DNA of 64,000 nucleotides from a virus (taxonomy: Duplodnaviria; Caudoviricetes). The DNA is taken from positions 191,143 to 255,142 of the IMG/VR virus record IMGVR_UViG_3300038679_000357. One strand, written 5' to 3'. A program made the position numbers and the translations under genes. Each line of letters opens with the position of its first letter. Positions within the stretch are counted from its first letter, which is position 1. Below the pieces are notes generated by a model that was not told the origin of the DNA, ran no database searches, and worked only from the letters and a program-made list of their open reading frames with translations. This document shows positions 38,783 through 48,562 of this stretch, in pieces.

Positions 38783-39889
38783 TTGTCCATAAGTAGAGAA
38801 ACCAAAGAGAGGTTGAAAATGTCATTCGATAAAGGTGCAGTGAATTTTTCAGTTCTTCGCACAACATCCAAAATCGATATTGGTTTTGCCAGTGATCTCG
38901 TTCAGGATGCCTACAAGGATGTTCCCATTACATCAGAGGATACAGTTATTGACCTCAGTAGTGGTATTTCTCTTCAACCTCCAAACGGACGTCCTGTAAC
39001 TCAAGATGATTTCCTTCGTGATTCAATCCCGTATCTTGCCGTACGTAAGCGGGAATTGAAGGTTGATTCATCAGTGATGAAAGAAATTATCTCCAGAATG
39101 ATCGAAGAAAAAAAACAATCTGGCATTCCAATCTCCAGAAAAGTCATCAAAGAAATAAAAACTGCCGTTAAACAACAACTATCCGTCAATGCTCCAGTGA
39201 AAACCACTGGAGTTCGAGCTGTTTTTTCTCCTACTGGCTTCTGCTTCGTAGAAGCTTCAACGGTCAAAAAAGCCTTATCCTTCGCTGAAGACCTTTCTTC
39301 GATGGTTCCCATGAGTAAGCTCGGCAGTCTCAATCTCGTTGATTTTAACTATATTGCTGCCGCTCTACAGTACGATGTTGGATCATATATTCCAATGAAG
39401 TTTTCTCCCCATGAAGTTATTTCAGGATTGGGTGAAGATTTTCTTACCTTTATCCTCGTAGCAGCCAATGGTGGATATATCCTTCCAGAAGACGTACAAC
39501 TGTCAACTCCTGGATTAATTGAAATGACTGATTGCTCCACCTCAAACGCTGGGTCTAAGATAGCCCTTCTTAAAGAAGGGATTCCTTGTGCTGGAAGAGA
39601 GATGTCATCCTGTATTGGATCTGGGAAAAAAGTTTCAGCCCTTGATATTGCCGTCCAATTCAAGGATGCCGCTTTCACCGCCACCGTTGACCTTAACTTT
39701 GGAGTTAAAAAATTTACCGCCGTAAAAGGTGATGAAGAGGAAAAAGAAGAGACTTTTATGGATCGGGTTGTATCGATGGATACGTTCGTCATGGGAATGA
39801 CCTCTCTCTTTTCATTCTTCCTCGAAAGAATAAAGAAAGAGAGTGTGGCTGTTCAATCTGCCGTTTCTGCCTGGGCGGAACATATCTAA
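38783..39889 (+). CDS. RdgC-like recombination-associated DNA-binding protein
   Basis: LAVRKRELKVDSSVMKEIIS...ISRKVIKEIKTAVKQQL...FVEASTVKKA and GEDFLTF resemble RdgC N-terminal conserved segments. Confidence 0.55.
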   Translation: MSISRETKERLKMSFDKGAVNFSVLRTTSKIDIGFASDLVQDAYKDVPITSEDTVIDLSSGISLQPPNGRPVTQDDFLRDSIPYLAVRKRELKVDSSVMKEIISRMIEEKKQSGIPISRKVIKEIKTAVKQQLSVNAPVKTTGVRAVFSPTGFCFVEASTVKKALSFAEDLSSMVPMSKLGSLNLVDFNYIAAALQYDVGSYIPMKFSPHEVISGLGEDFLTFILVAANGGYILPEDVQLSTPGLIEMTDCSTSNAGSKIALLKEGIPCAGREMSSCIGSGKKVSALDIAVQFKDAAFTATVDLNFGVKKFTAVKGDEEEKEETFMDRVVSMDTFVMGMTSLFSFFLERIKKESVAVQSAVSAWAEHI

Positions 39890-39890
39890 T

Positions 39891-40208
39891 TCAGTTGATC
39901 AGATCCTTTAGGGTAATGATGTTACCCTTCAGTTTCTGAACCTCTGAAATTATTGAGTCTACAAGTGTTTGATCACCGGCTTTCACCCGCTTCAGGGTGA
40001 AAGCCATATTATCAATACTGTTCATAGCTTCAATAAATGGGGTTGGCTCGTCTTGATTAACAAGATTATTACCGAGATCTTCGACAGGAGTCTGTTTCTG
40101 TGGCTCTACGGCTGCAATCGGTTGAGGAGCCATAACTGTACCTGTCTGAGCTGTTTTGATCGCCCTGGCGATGTTCTTGGATAAAATTTCGTCAAAAGAG
40201 CTTTTCAT
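39891..40208 (-). CDS. Hypothetical protein
   Basis: 105 aa with a 4-bp overlap with the upstream gene; AIKTAQ motif. Confidence 0.65.
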   Translation of the reverse strand: MKSSFDEILSKNIARAIKTAQTGTVMAPQPIAAVEPQKQTPVEDLGNNLVNQDEPTPFIEAMNSIDNMAFTLKRVKAGDQTLVDSIISEVQKLKGNIITLKDLIN

Positions 40209-40942
40209 GGTGTCTTTCCTTGTTGTGCTTTCAAATTAGCTTCCAATAACTTAGTCATTTTGTCAATGCTTGTGTCAAGTTTGACATTCATGTTCTCTAT
40301 TTTCTTTTCTACGTCATCAATCCTCTTTTGATTATACTTGAAATCAGCCAAAAATACGATAATGGCTGTAAGAAGAGTGAAAATTCCTAGAATGAGCCCC
40401 TTACTCATTTCCGGGATAAACTTAAACCATGGGGAGGTAATATCTTTGATCTGGTTCTTTTCACTTATGGCTTTATCGGATGTAGTTTTTTCATTCGATG
40501 TTTTTGTTTTAGAATTGTTTCGCTCTGCCAATTTTTCAAAGAAATTGTTGTTCATATGATGAAGAACATCCAGAGGAACAACTTGAGATAGGAAATAGAG
40601 AAAATTACCATCTCCATCTTTCAAGAGATGAACAGTGACTGATCCCCACACAAGGCGTCCAGATTTCGTAATATATCGCTTGCACATGGAATAGTAAGGG
40701 ACCTCAAACTCACCGTCCTTTAATTGTTTGTGCATCTCCAGGTCTGACATGAGGTCTTCTGGGTGTGTAAGATCCTGCCAGCGCTTACGAAGTAATTCAT
40801 CTTCGGTGTACTCCCAAAAACGTTGCGCCATGGAATTCACATAAATAAAGCGACCGTTTTCGTTCATCAACGCAATTACAATTGGAGATTCACTCCACAC
40901 CGCGTTGATAAAATTTTCGTTGGAAAGTACATCCTGATTCAT
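40205..40942 (-). CDS. PAS-domain protein with a single C-terminal TM helix and coiled coil
   Basis: PAS/PAC signatures (NGRFIYVN, YTEDELL...WQDLTHPED, KRYITKSGRLVW); hydrophobic GLILGIFTLLTAIIVFLA; heptad C-terminus. Confidence 0.85.
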   Translation of the reverse strand: MNQDVLSNENFINAVWSESPIVIALMNENGRFIYVNSMAQRFWEYTEDELLRKRWQDLTHPEDLMSDLEMHKQLKDGEFEVPYYSMCKRYITKSGRLVWGSVTVHLLKDGDGNFLYFLSQVVPLDVLHHMNNNFFEKLAERNNSKTKTSNEKTTSDKAISEKNQIKDITSPWFKFIPEMSKGLILGIFTLLTAIIVFLADFKYNQKRIDDVEKKIENMNVKLDTSIDKMTKLLEANLKAQQGKTP

Positions 40943-40982
40943 GATATTCCCCTACGTGTTCCTTTATAGTAAGATTCACGTG

Positions 40983-41019
40983 AAAATAGCTTCCCTCCTC
41001 CCATCGTGTCAACTTTTGT
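40983..41019 (-). promoter_or_regulatory. Promoter with perfect -35 (ACAAAAGTTGACA) upstream of the PAS gene
   Basis: The minus strand reads TTGACA-18 nt-TATTTT. The same 13-mer occurs at 50003-50015. Confidence 0.5.
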
Positions 41020-41060
41020 ATTAATTTCTGCGTGATGTCTGCCTTTGCGGTATTCACTCA

Positions 41061-41083
41061 GAAAACTCATAACATGATATGAG
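41061..41083 (-). terminator. Weak AU-rich terminator after the tail fibre assembly gene
   Basis: CTCATA-TCATGT-TATGAG followed by TTTTCT on the minus strand. Confidence 0.4.
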
Positions 41084-41088
41084 AAACG

Positions 41089-41637
41089 TTAAAGTCTTGG
41101 GTCGGTCCAGTTTGCCAACTGCTCACAGGTCATTTGCTCAAGGGCTGTCTTTAATACCCAGCCTGTCTGTATTGTATTCTCCATCCATTGGAAGCTATAA
41201 AGTATAAAGTTTATCAAATCTTGTTCTGTGTTCAAGGTGTAATAATTCTCTCCAACACCCTTAAAAACATATGGAAAAGTTACGTATTGTCTTAAATCGT
41301 ATACACCTTTGTATGTGCTCTGGTGTTCCAAATCCATTTTAAATCTGACATTGTCGGAATATGGGTATATAAAACCATTGGCTATCAATTCATCAGTGGT
41401 ATTATCTATCTGATCTCTTATGCCTTGTATTACTCTTGGTCGACAATAAACATATGCCCAGGCATTATATTCTAGTTGAAACTCTGCTTTACGGGCATCC
41501 AACTGTTCTAATGTCATTATTGTGTAACCAGGAAGCGATATAACAGAATCAGCTACTTCATTTACGATAGTTGGATATTCTTCTGGAGCACCTTCAGGAT
41601 TACTGATATCGCCATAAAATTGTACTGCATACTTCAT
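41089..41637 (-). CDS. Tail fibre-associated protein (DUF4376-like C-terminal domain)
   Basis: IRDQIDNTTDELIANGFIY...RFKMDLEHQ; lies downstream of the long fibre gene. Confidence 0.6.
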   Translation of the reverse strand: MKYAVQFYGDISNPEGAPEEYPTIVNEVADSVISLPGYTIMTLEQLDARKAEFQLEYNAWAYVYCRPRVIQGIRDQIDNTTDELIANGFIYPYSDNVRFKMDLEHQSTYKGVYDLRQYVTFPYVFKGVGENYYTLNTEQDLINFILYSFQWMENTIQTGWVLKTALEQMTCEQLANWTDPRL

Positions 41638-41644
41638 ATTACAC

Positions 41645-44600
41645 CTATGTGGTCTGCGTTAATCTTGCAACAGAACCCACTCTCACACTGACAGCCGTTC
41701 CTGTTTCTGACGCAAATCTAACGGCAAGCGTCCCAGAATTATTTCCATTGTCGAGGATACATACCAATCTTCCTCTTAAATTAGTATTGGCAGTTGCACT
41801 CGCTGTGGCAGTTCCTGTATCATAGGCATTTTGATTTCCTACAACTTGTGCCGTGGCGGTTGTCATTATTTGAGTAAAAATTTGTACAGAAGTTGGGGTG
41901 GCTGGTCCATTAACTCCAAATGCGATACCGGTACCTGCAGCAGTGGACTGGTAAATAATTTCACACTCAAGTAGATAACTTGTATTTGCTGCCACAGAAA
42001 AGGTCAATCCTGTGATGTCTGCAAATGACGTACTGGTACTGGTAACTGTTCCTGTAACTCTTGCTACGGTGGTTGGAACATGTTTTAAATCGTAAAATTC
42101 GAGAGCTGTAGCTCCAGAATTAACTCTAACTACATTTAACCCATTGCCAGTATACGAAGTTGGAACGTCATCAAGCTGTGTAAAGTGCCTTGTAGCTAAA
42201 TCAGCCAATGAACTTCCTGTTTTGTCCACCTTGTTCCATGCGATAGCCGTGGCATTCCATGATCCTGTAGTGATAGTTCCCAGAGTGGTAATATTCGTAG
42301 AGCCTGCAAAAGCTCCGACATAAGTGACTACAGCCTTCTGTGTGGAAAGCCTTGAATCCGAATTGGCGGTCATTAAACCATCTGCGTCAAATAAACTGAT
42401 GCTTGCCCCCGTTGTAAACGACAACGCGCCAGAAGCTCCTATGGAAAATAGTTTTGTCAAATTTTCATCATCAATCCTCAGTATATCGCCTGTCTGGGAA
42501 GTGATCCTAATTATATCGAGACCAATTGATGCTGTCTGTTGACAAGGTATTAACACACTTGCCCGAGAAGAAGTACCAATAGCTGTTGGTGCGGCTTCAA
42601 CACTTGTTTGTTGATTTGCCTTGAGTATTAATCCCCACCATGCTTGTATTGCCGACTGACCACCGACAACAGGCTGTAGAGACATATCAGGACCAGTTCC
42701 CATTATATAGGAAGTTGACCTAAAACTATTCTGTAAATAAACTTGTGAAGAACAAACCCAATTTCCACCTACACTTGGCATTCTTGCAATAGCCAGATTC
42801 CCTGATGTTAAGTCAGATGCGCTTCTTGTTTGTAAATCAGCAAGACTTGAACCCGTTTTACTTATATTTGACCAACCTATATTGGTTAAAAGACTAGCGT
42901 TCAACGCCGGAAGATAACCGGAGGAATTTGTTTGTACAAGTTGAGACGTCCCGTTAAATGTATTACCTTGTGCGGTAACATTTGTATCAAGATAGGTTGT
43001 ACCGATCCTGCTACCTGTCCAAGTTCCAGATGTTATCGTTCCAACAGTTGCTATATTTGAACTGCCAGTCCAGGCGGCAAGTTCTGTATCTGTAACCCTG
43101 TCATTCAGCGCATTCTGTAAATCAGTCTGATTAGATAGCGTCCCCGTTATAGAACCCCACGTGACCGAAACTGCTGGAAGTCTTGACCATCCTGTTGATG
43201 TTTTTATAACCCAATCTCCAACCTCCCAAGTAGTTATTCCTCCGAGGTTAGTAGATCCAGCGGTTGTAACTACCCAGAAATATCCAGCAACAGTAGCACC
43301 CGTTATGTCTGGAGTATTTGTACTGGCATTCCAAGTAGTTTGATATTGTAAACCACCAGAAGTAGCTTCGTCTACGTATTTTTTGTTCGGTATATCATTA
43401 TCACTCGTAACGAGATCTTCGTAGTTGGCGATGCCAGTGGAAAGAGTTCCGTCCAATTCCATTTGGAAAATTAAATCATTGTCACCAGAAACATCTTTGT
43501 AAAATTTGATGGCACGATTATATTTATGGCTGATTATTGCATCTATGCCAGTCGTATTGAAATCAATACCACCATACTTAAATAGCGTTTCATAGCTTGT
43601 ATTGTCCCCACCTTGCCTCATTGATATACTAACTGTATCGTCATCATCAACATTCAGTCTGATATTTCTACCAGAAACTGTGGCATTTTCAACGTTAAGG
43701 GTGGTACCAACTCCATCTGGAGCTTTAATAAATACTCTTCCTCCACCGCTTATATAAAAAACAGGTGAATGATCAAGATGCCCGGCGTATACGGCAAATC
43801 TCTTTCCGCCATGAGGCATGATTGCGGAAAAAACTGGCGCGGTGGTCATTACGGTGGAACTTCTAATTCTTATCCAATACAAATCATATTCATCTGGTTG
43901 TCCAGGTATTTGATACGTATTCCAGTCTGTGAGAGAACTACCATTCCATATAATTTGACCAGATTTAGTTAAATTAAATGTAGAATCACTCAATCCATTT
44001 GCACCGGTAATGGCGGTCCATCCATCCCCTGTTTTGTAATATTCAAATACGAGCGTGGCGTTTACGGCAAATACTGTAGAAATAACTAAACAAGAACTAA
44101 AGTCATGTGTTGCGCCAAGGTATATAGCACCCTTATTAGTATCACCATCACCTATTGGCAATCCTGTAAAAGTATTAGCAAACGTTGTACAAGCGTTATA
44201 AGTTACATCTTCAACTTCTGGAGTTGCGGCAGTATAATCAGTTGTTGTTAATACCTCCTTAAACATCATACCGTGAATTGAGTATGATGCATCTGGGTTA
44301 ATTGAAAAAGCCGTAAAGTTCCAGGCATCATCAGTATTATGTCCAGTAACCGCTCCAAATACTACGGTCACTCCATTTTCAAGTTCTATTGGATCAGTAT
44401 CACAATCTATACTACTTGACCATGAAGTCCAGGTGACGCCCGCGTCATATGATCTCCTGAATTTGAATTGATCTACGGTATCTGCCGTGACTATCCTAAC
44501 TTCAAAGGAAGTATTGTATGACATGCTTGATGAATATTCTCCACCAGCATCCATATCATTTAACGAGCCACTAACTCCACCGGTATATGCTACATGATCA

Positions 44601-46525
44601 TTAACCCAATTCGTTGGTTGTAACCAACCATATCTTCCAGCCGCTGTTACAACCTGCAAATCATATTGGCACTCATGACCCCACAGATAAAAATATTCGC
44701 CCCCCTCATTCCTGTACATGTAATGGTCGAATCTTTGAACCCCGTCAAGAGCATATGAAACACCAGAATCTCCATCTGGAACAGAATCAACCTGAAGCAT
44801 ATTGAAAATATTGTCTAAGTCATCCGGAACGGTATTTGTTCCATATAGGTGTAGGAGGTTGGTTGGAACTGGTTGTGTTACTCCAACTCGCCTGTTAGTC
44901 TTATCTATGAACAATATGGAATTTGGGACTGTTTCATCATCAATTACATTGAGATCACCTGTAAGTTCCCAACTTCCTGATACCGGCATCCTCGCAATAT
45001 CGAAATTTCCTGTTTCTATCAACGCAGTATCATGCAGGTCAGTATACTCTTGCGATGTAAGATGAAAATATTCCCCCTCAATGCCACCCTCGATAGAACC
45101 TAAATCATTGTGATTGGTGGCTGGTTGAGTGATAAATGTTTGTATAAAAGCGCTATCAATTTGTGTTGCTGTATCAGAACTTTTTTTAACAATTATTCTA
45201 CCAACTAAAATCGCCATTATTGAAAGAATTGTAGGCGGCGTTGGCGGTTGACTATTTTTAGCTTGAGTTATGTCGTAATCTCCGCTACCAAGAATAACTG
45301 CAATATGCTTTGGCGTTTCAATAAACCTATAAACCCAGTTAACTACATATTTATTGCTTCCCACCGTCTGCAGGTCTGTTCCGTCATCATATTGAAGATT
45401 GTTATAGGCAGTTAAGGCAGATTGAACCCATTCTCCAGAAAAATGATAATAGAGCCAGGAAACATCGACGTCACTTTGAACGGCGTCGAGCGTGTAGTTT
45501 TTGCATCCATAATATACCACACCATAACTTAAATCTATGTGTCTTGTAGGACTTTCAGATAGGGTTAGCCCTGAAGTTCTAACAAACCGTTGTGTTTGAA
45601 TAAGTCTGTCATTAATTCTTGTTGAAGTGGCGGTGGCAAAATTGGCTTGTAATATATGAAGAATTGTTCCCTCTCTCCAGATTCCAGCAACAAACACTCT
45701 ATCGCTGTTATTTAGCGTGGCTGGGTTTGTGGTTGTCGTATATTCTGGAGAACCGCTATTATAATTTACATAGACGTAGTTTATGGAGTTATTGACTAAT
45801 GAAACGTTTGTTCTAGCAGGAATGGTATATTTACTTAAAAAACCAGTCCATCCTGATGCAGAATACAGATAGCAATCGCCAGAGTCTATATTAACGGTGC
45901 CATCTCCGTTATTCGTTACTAGATCTGACCTCAACATACCTACAGTGTGTTGATGATCATCAAGCCTGTCAAAGGCTTTTTGAATAGTATCATCAGAAGT
46001 CAGAAGCAATGATGAAAAATTAGTTGTTGTTACTCCTATGTCAGAGCCAATAAGAGAAATATTAGCATTCAACTGCTTTCCATTTACCGTCCTGGATAAT
46101 GGAACGAAAGCGCCAGCACCATAAGATGCAACATAGGATTTGATTGCTTTCTGGGTCGGTATCCTACTGTTACTATCTGCTGCAAGCAGCACATCAGTAT
46201 CGAATAAATTGATGCTCGCACCAGCACCAAGGGTAAGACCTGCCGCACCAACAGAAGCTATAACTGTATCATCTTCAGTAACCCACTCTTGCCAATTTGC
46301 CGACTGATCTACCGCCCCCTTAATAGTGAGTGGAACGATTAACGCTCCTAAACTATTGATTAATGTTGGAGAACTAAAAATATGAATATCCAAACCAGCA
46401 TCATAGGTATAGGCGATACCGGTAGTGTTTCTGTTAAAAACAATATCGGCATCAGAAAATTCGGCGTTAACAAGCAGACCACCGATTATAGCGGCGTCCT
46501 TTCTGATGATATGCTTGTTTGCCAT
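41645..46525 (-). CDS. Long tail fibre / receptor-binding protein with internal module duplications
   Basis: 1626-aa Thr/Gly/Ser-rich protein; RTVNGKQLNANISL, WNASTNTP and GTITSGTW motifs; duplicated GASI.LFD...DSR..TQKA..YV and KTGSSLADL.TR modules. Confidence 0.85.
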   Translation of the reverse strand: MANKHIIRKDAAIIGGLLVNAEFSDADIVFNRNTTGIAYTYDAGLDIHIFSSPTLINSLGALIVPLTIKGAVDQSANWQEWVTEDDTVIASVGAAGLTLGAGASINLFDTDVLLAADSNSRIPTQKAIKSYVASYGAGAFVPLSRTVNGKQLNANISLIGSDIGVTTTNFSSLLLTSDDTIQKAFDRLDDHQHTVGMLRSDLVTNNGDGTVNIDSGDCYLYSASGWTGFLSKYTIPARTNVSLVNNSINYVYVNYNSGSPEYTTTTNPATLNNSDRVFVAGIWREGTILHILQANFATATSTRINDRLIQTQRFVRTSGLTLSESPTRHIDLSYGVVYYGCKNYTLDAVQSDVDVSWLYYHFSGEWVQSALTAYNNLQYDDGTDLQTVGSNKYVVNWVYRFIETPKHIAVILGSGDYDITQAKNSQPPTPPTILSIMAILVGRIIVKKSSDTATQIDSAFIQTFITQPATNHNDLGSIEGGIEGEYFHLTSQEYTDLHDTALIETGNFDIARMPVSGSWELTGDLNVIDDETVPNSILFIDKTNRRVGVTQPVPTNLLHLYGTNTVPDDLDNIFNMLQVDSVPDGDSGVSYALDGVQRFDHYMYRNEGGEYFYLWGHECQYDLQVVTAAGRYGWLQPTNWVNDHVAYTGGVSGSLNDMDAGGEYSSSMSYNTSFEVRIVTADTVDQFKFRRSYDAGVTWTSWSSSIDCDTDPIELENGVTVVFGAVTGHNTDDAWNFTAFSINPDASYSIHGMMFKEVLTTTDYTAATPEVEDVTYNACTTFANTFTGLPIGDGDTNKGAIYLGATHDFSSCLVISTVFAVNATLVFEYYKTGDGWTAITGANGLSDSTFNLTKSGQIIWNGSSLTDWNTYQIPGQPDEYDLYWIRIRSSTVMTTAPVFSAIMPHGGKRFAVYAGHLDHSPVFYISGGGRVFIKAPDGVGTTLNVENATVSGRNIRLNVDDDDTVSISMRQGGDNTSYETLFKYGGIDFNTTGIDAIISHKYNRAIKFYKDVSGDNDLIFQMELDGTLSTGIANYEDLVTSDNDIPNKKYVDEATSGGLQYQTTWNASTNTPDITGATVAGYFWVVTTAGSTNLGGITTWEVGDWVIKTSTGWSRLPAVSVTWGSITGTLSNQTDLQNALNDRVTDTELAAWTGSSNIATVGTITSGTWTGSRIGTTYLDTNVTAQGNTFNGTSQLVQTNSSGYLPALNASLLTNIGWSNISKTGSSLADLQTRSASDLTSGNLAIARMPSVGGNWVCSSQVYLQNSFRSTSYIMGTGPDMSLQPVVGGQSAIQAWWGLILKANQQTSVEAAPTAIGTSSRASVLIPCQQTASIGLDIIRITSQTGDILRIDDENLTKLFSIGASGALSFTTGASISLFDADGLMTANSDSRLSTQKAVVTYVGAFAGSTNITTLGTITTGSWNATAIAWNKVDKTGSSLADLATRHFTQLDDVPTSYTGNGLNVVRVNSGATALEFYDLKHVPTTVARVTGTVTSTSTSFADITGLTFSVAANTSYLLECEIIYQSTAAGTGIAFGVNGPATPTSVQIFTQIMTTATAQVVGNQNAYDTGTATASATANTNLRGRLVCILDNGNNSGTLAVRFASETGTAVSVRVGSVARLTQTT

Positions 46526-46533
46526 AGATTACC

Positions 46534-47046
46534 TCAATCAATAAGATCCAATAATATGAGCTGGTCTTTCTGGTCAAACCCGTTCGGGAAAGAGGCTCTA
46601 TTTACTCTTACAAGATTCTTTAAAACACTTGGATCAACATCTTTTTGCATAAATTCGTTAAACTTGGCTATCGTGGCGTTCTTCTTGTCGATCACGTCCT
46701 TAAATTCGGCGTCGAGTTTATCACCCTCCTCCTTAATTTTGTCGGCGTTTTGTTCGACGCTATACTGTGTCATATTTCCAATATCAACCTTTTTTAGAAC
46801 TCCATTTTCGTCCTTATCACAATATTTCTCAAGTATCTGACGTCTTCTTTCTTTATGTAACTCTAACTTTTTTTCCTCATCTTCATCAATGAGCTTCATG
46901 GATTCCATAATTTTATATTCCTCAACGAGAAACTTGGCGTTTTTAGCTAAGAAATAGGTATAATCAGTTGATTGATCTTGAGTTACTTTTTTCTTGAATA
47001 GTTCTACGATCTTTTCGGCGATCGCCTTCAATTCATAATTTTTCAT
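46534..47046 (-). CDS. Tail-associated helical protein (DUF1617-like)
   Basis: YFLAKNAKFL..EY...QILEKYCDKDENG; lies next to the fibre gene. Confidence 0.55.
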   Translation of the reverse strand: MKNYELKAIAEKIVELFKKKVTQDQSTDYTYFLAKNAKFLVEEYKIMESMKLIDEDEEKKLELHKERRRQILEKYCDKDENGVLKKVDIGNMTQYSVEQNADKIKEEGDKLDAEFKDVIDKKNATIAKFNEFMQKDVDPSVLKNLVRVNRASFPNGFDQKDQLILLDLID

Positions 47047-47061
47047 TTTATCTCTCCTACA

Positions 47062-48084
47062 TTAATTTATTATGTGTTTGACAATTTGTACGGTCCATCC
47101 GTCGCCACCCGTTGGCGTTACAGTACCTAGTATTTCAACGTTCGTTCCATTTATTCCAACTGACATGTTTATTTTATCGGTTTGCCCAAGATCATTAACT
47201 GAAGTATCATCCCAGGAAACTTCATCAGATGAATTCCAGCATGCGTTCAAAGTACCGACTCTGAGATTGTCTAGTCTCATGGCAGTATAATAAACAATCA
47301 TGGCATAACAGGAATTTTTTGCGAACGTATCGATTATTGCCGTTTCTCCAGCGTTTATTGTTGCAGCTAAGGCAGAAGAAAAATTCTTTCTAAGAAGTCT
47401 AACTTCCCATCCGTTTCCACCCGTACTTAAAACTGTAGCTGTTATTTCAACAATAGTTCCGACTATTAAAACATTAAATCTTAGTTTGCCTGTTTGTCCA
47501 AGATCGTTATTTGACACTTCATCAAATGAAACTTCGTCATTAGTATTCCAACACGCTCTTACTGTTCCAGATCTGATATTTGTCCCATTTTTTATTGTAT
47601 AATCCCACACGCAGGCATAGCTAGAAATTTTTGAAAAAGAGTCGCATATTACTGTGGTGTCTTGGTTAATTCCGGTAGTAACAATTGCGCCTTGTTCTGA
47701 ACTTGATCGAGACGATATCCCGATGTGATAAAAATGAAAAAGAGTTTCTGTTATGGCGACGCCAAGAGGAACCTTTAATCCAGATTGAGGTTCTATATCA
47801 GTTATTTTTCCGCCATCTGTCTGAGATAGATAATAAACGTGTCCTGGAACAAGCCCACTGTATCCATCCACCATTCCAGCTAAGATAATTTTAGCGAGAT
47901 CTTCTTGAACATCTATGGCTATTCCGAAAACATCTGAATGTGATATTTCATCAGCCTTAGCGGGTATATAGATGTCGCCACTAAGGCGTACAAAATCATT
48001 AATAGAAACACCAGAAACTGGACATGATTCCAGCGATAATTGGTTCTCTTCTATTTGTTCAGCTCTGGTGATCGTTCTCGGCAT
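47062..48084 (-). CDS. Virion structural protein with an N-terminal decoration-type domain and a tandem ~100-aa duplicated domain
   Basis: GLVPGHVYYLSQ..GG.I...P; two copies of R.GT..ACWN..DEVS.D....NDLGQT...GG.GW.V. Confidence 0.7.
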   Translation of the reverse strand: MPRTITRAEQIEENQLSLESCPVSGVSINDFVRLSGDIYIPAKADEISHSDVFGIAIDVQEDLAKIILAGMVDGYSGLVPGHVYYLSQTDGGKITDIEPQSGLKVPLGVAITETLFHFYHIGISSRSSSEQGAIVTTGINQDTTVICDSFSKISSYACVWDYTIKNGTNIRSGTVRACWNTNDEVSFDEVSNNDLGQTGKLRFNVLIVGTIVEITATVLSTGGNGWEVRLLRKNFSSALAATINAGETAIIDTFAKNSCYAMIVYYTAMRLDNLRVGTLNACWNSSDEVSWDDTSVNDLGQTDKINMSVGINGTNVEILGTVTPTGGDGWTVQIVKHIIN

Positions 48085-48148
48085 TTGCAGCTATTCCTAG
48101 TGGATTGAGCAAACAGACGGCTGCGTCCATTATTTCCGACAGCCTGTT

Positions 48149-48547
48149 CTATTTCGAGGATATATTCCGCTTTTTACGCGCCGCTACCTCTTGAGAACGA
48201 GCTTCTGGATCGGGACGCTTACCAATATTTTCGCTGTTTTTCTTAATTTTTACCTCGTCGAATTTCGACTTGACGTGGCGAACCACATTTTCAAGCGATT
48301 TAGATACACCTTTTTGATGTATGAAGTTTTCTTTATACTTGGCTGCGTGCCGGTCTAACATTCCAAGAACCAAATTTTTCGCAGATTCATCAAGTCCACA
48401 TAGTTTAATTTCATCTCGTAAAGAAGAAATAGCGGCGGAGCAACCCGAATGGTGTTGCTCCGCCTTCAAACTACTTTCCAACATGTTGTCGATATCGACC
48501 CCTAACCCATGTATTGTGGATAGGATAACATCGGTCTTATCGGTCAT
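48149..48547 (-). CDS. Hypothetical helical protein
   Basis: 132-aa ORF with a GGAG SD. Confidence 0.6.
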   Translation of the reverse strand: MTDKTDVILSTIHGLGVDIDNMLESSLKAEQHHSGCSAAISSLRDEIKLCGLDESAKNLVLGMLDRHAAKYKENFIHQKGVSKSLENVVRHVKSKFDEVKIKKNSENIGKRPDPEARSQEVAARKKRNISSK

Positions 48548-48562
48548 GCTGTTTCTTCTCCG

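Noticed and set aside
46382-46840. 152-aa plus-strand ORF and similar mid-length antisense ORFs in the track
   Set aside because: They fully overlap well-supported minus-strand genes and have no motifs or SD.
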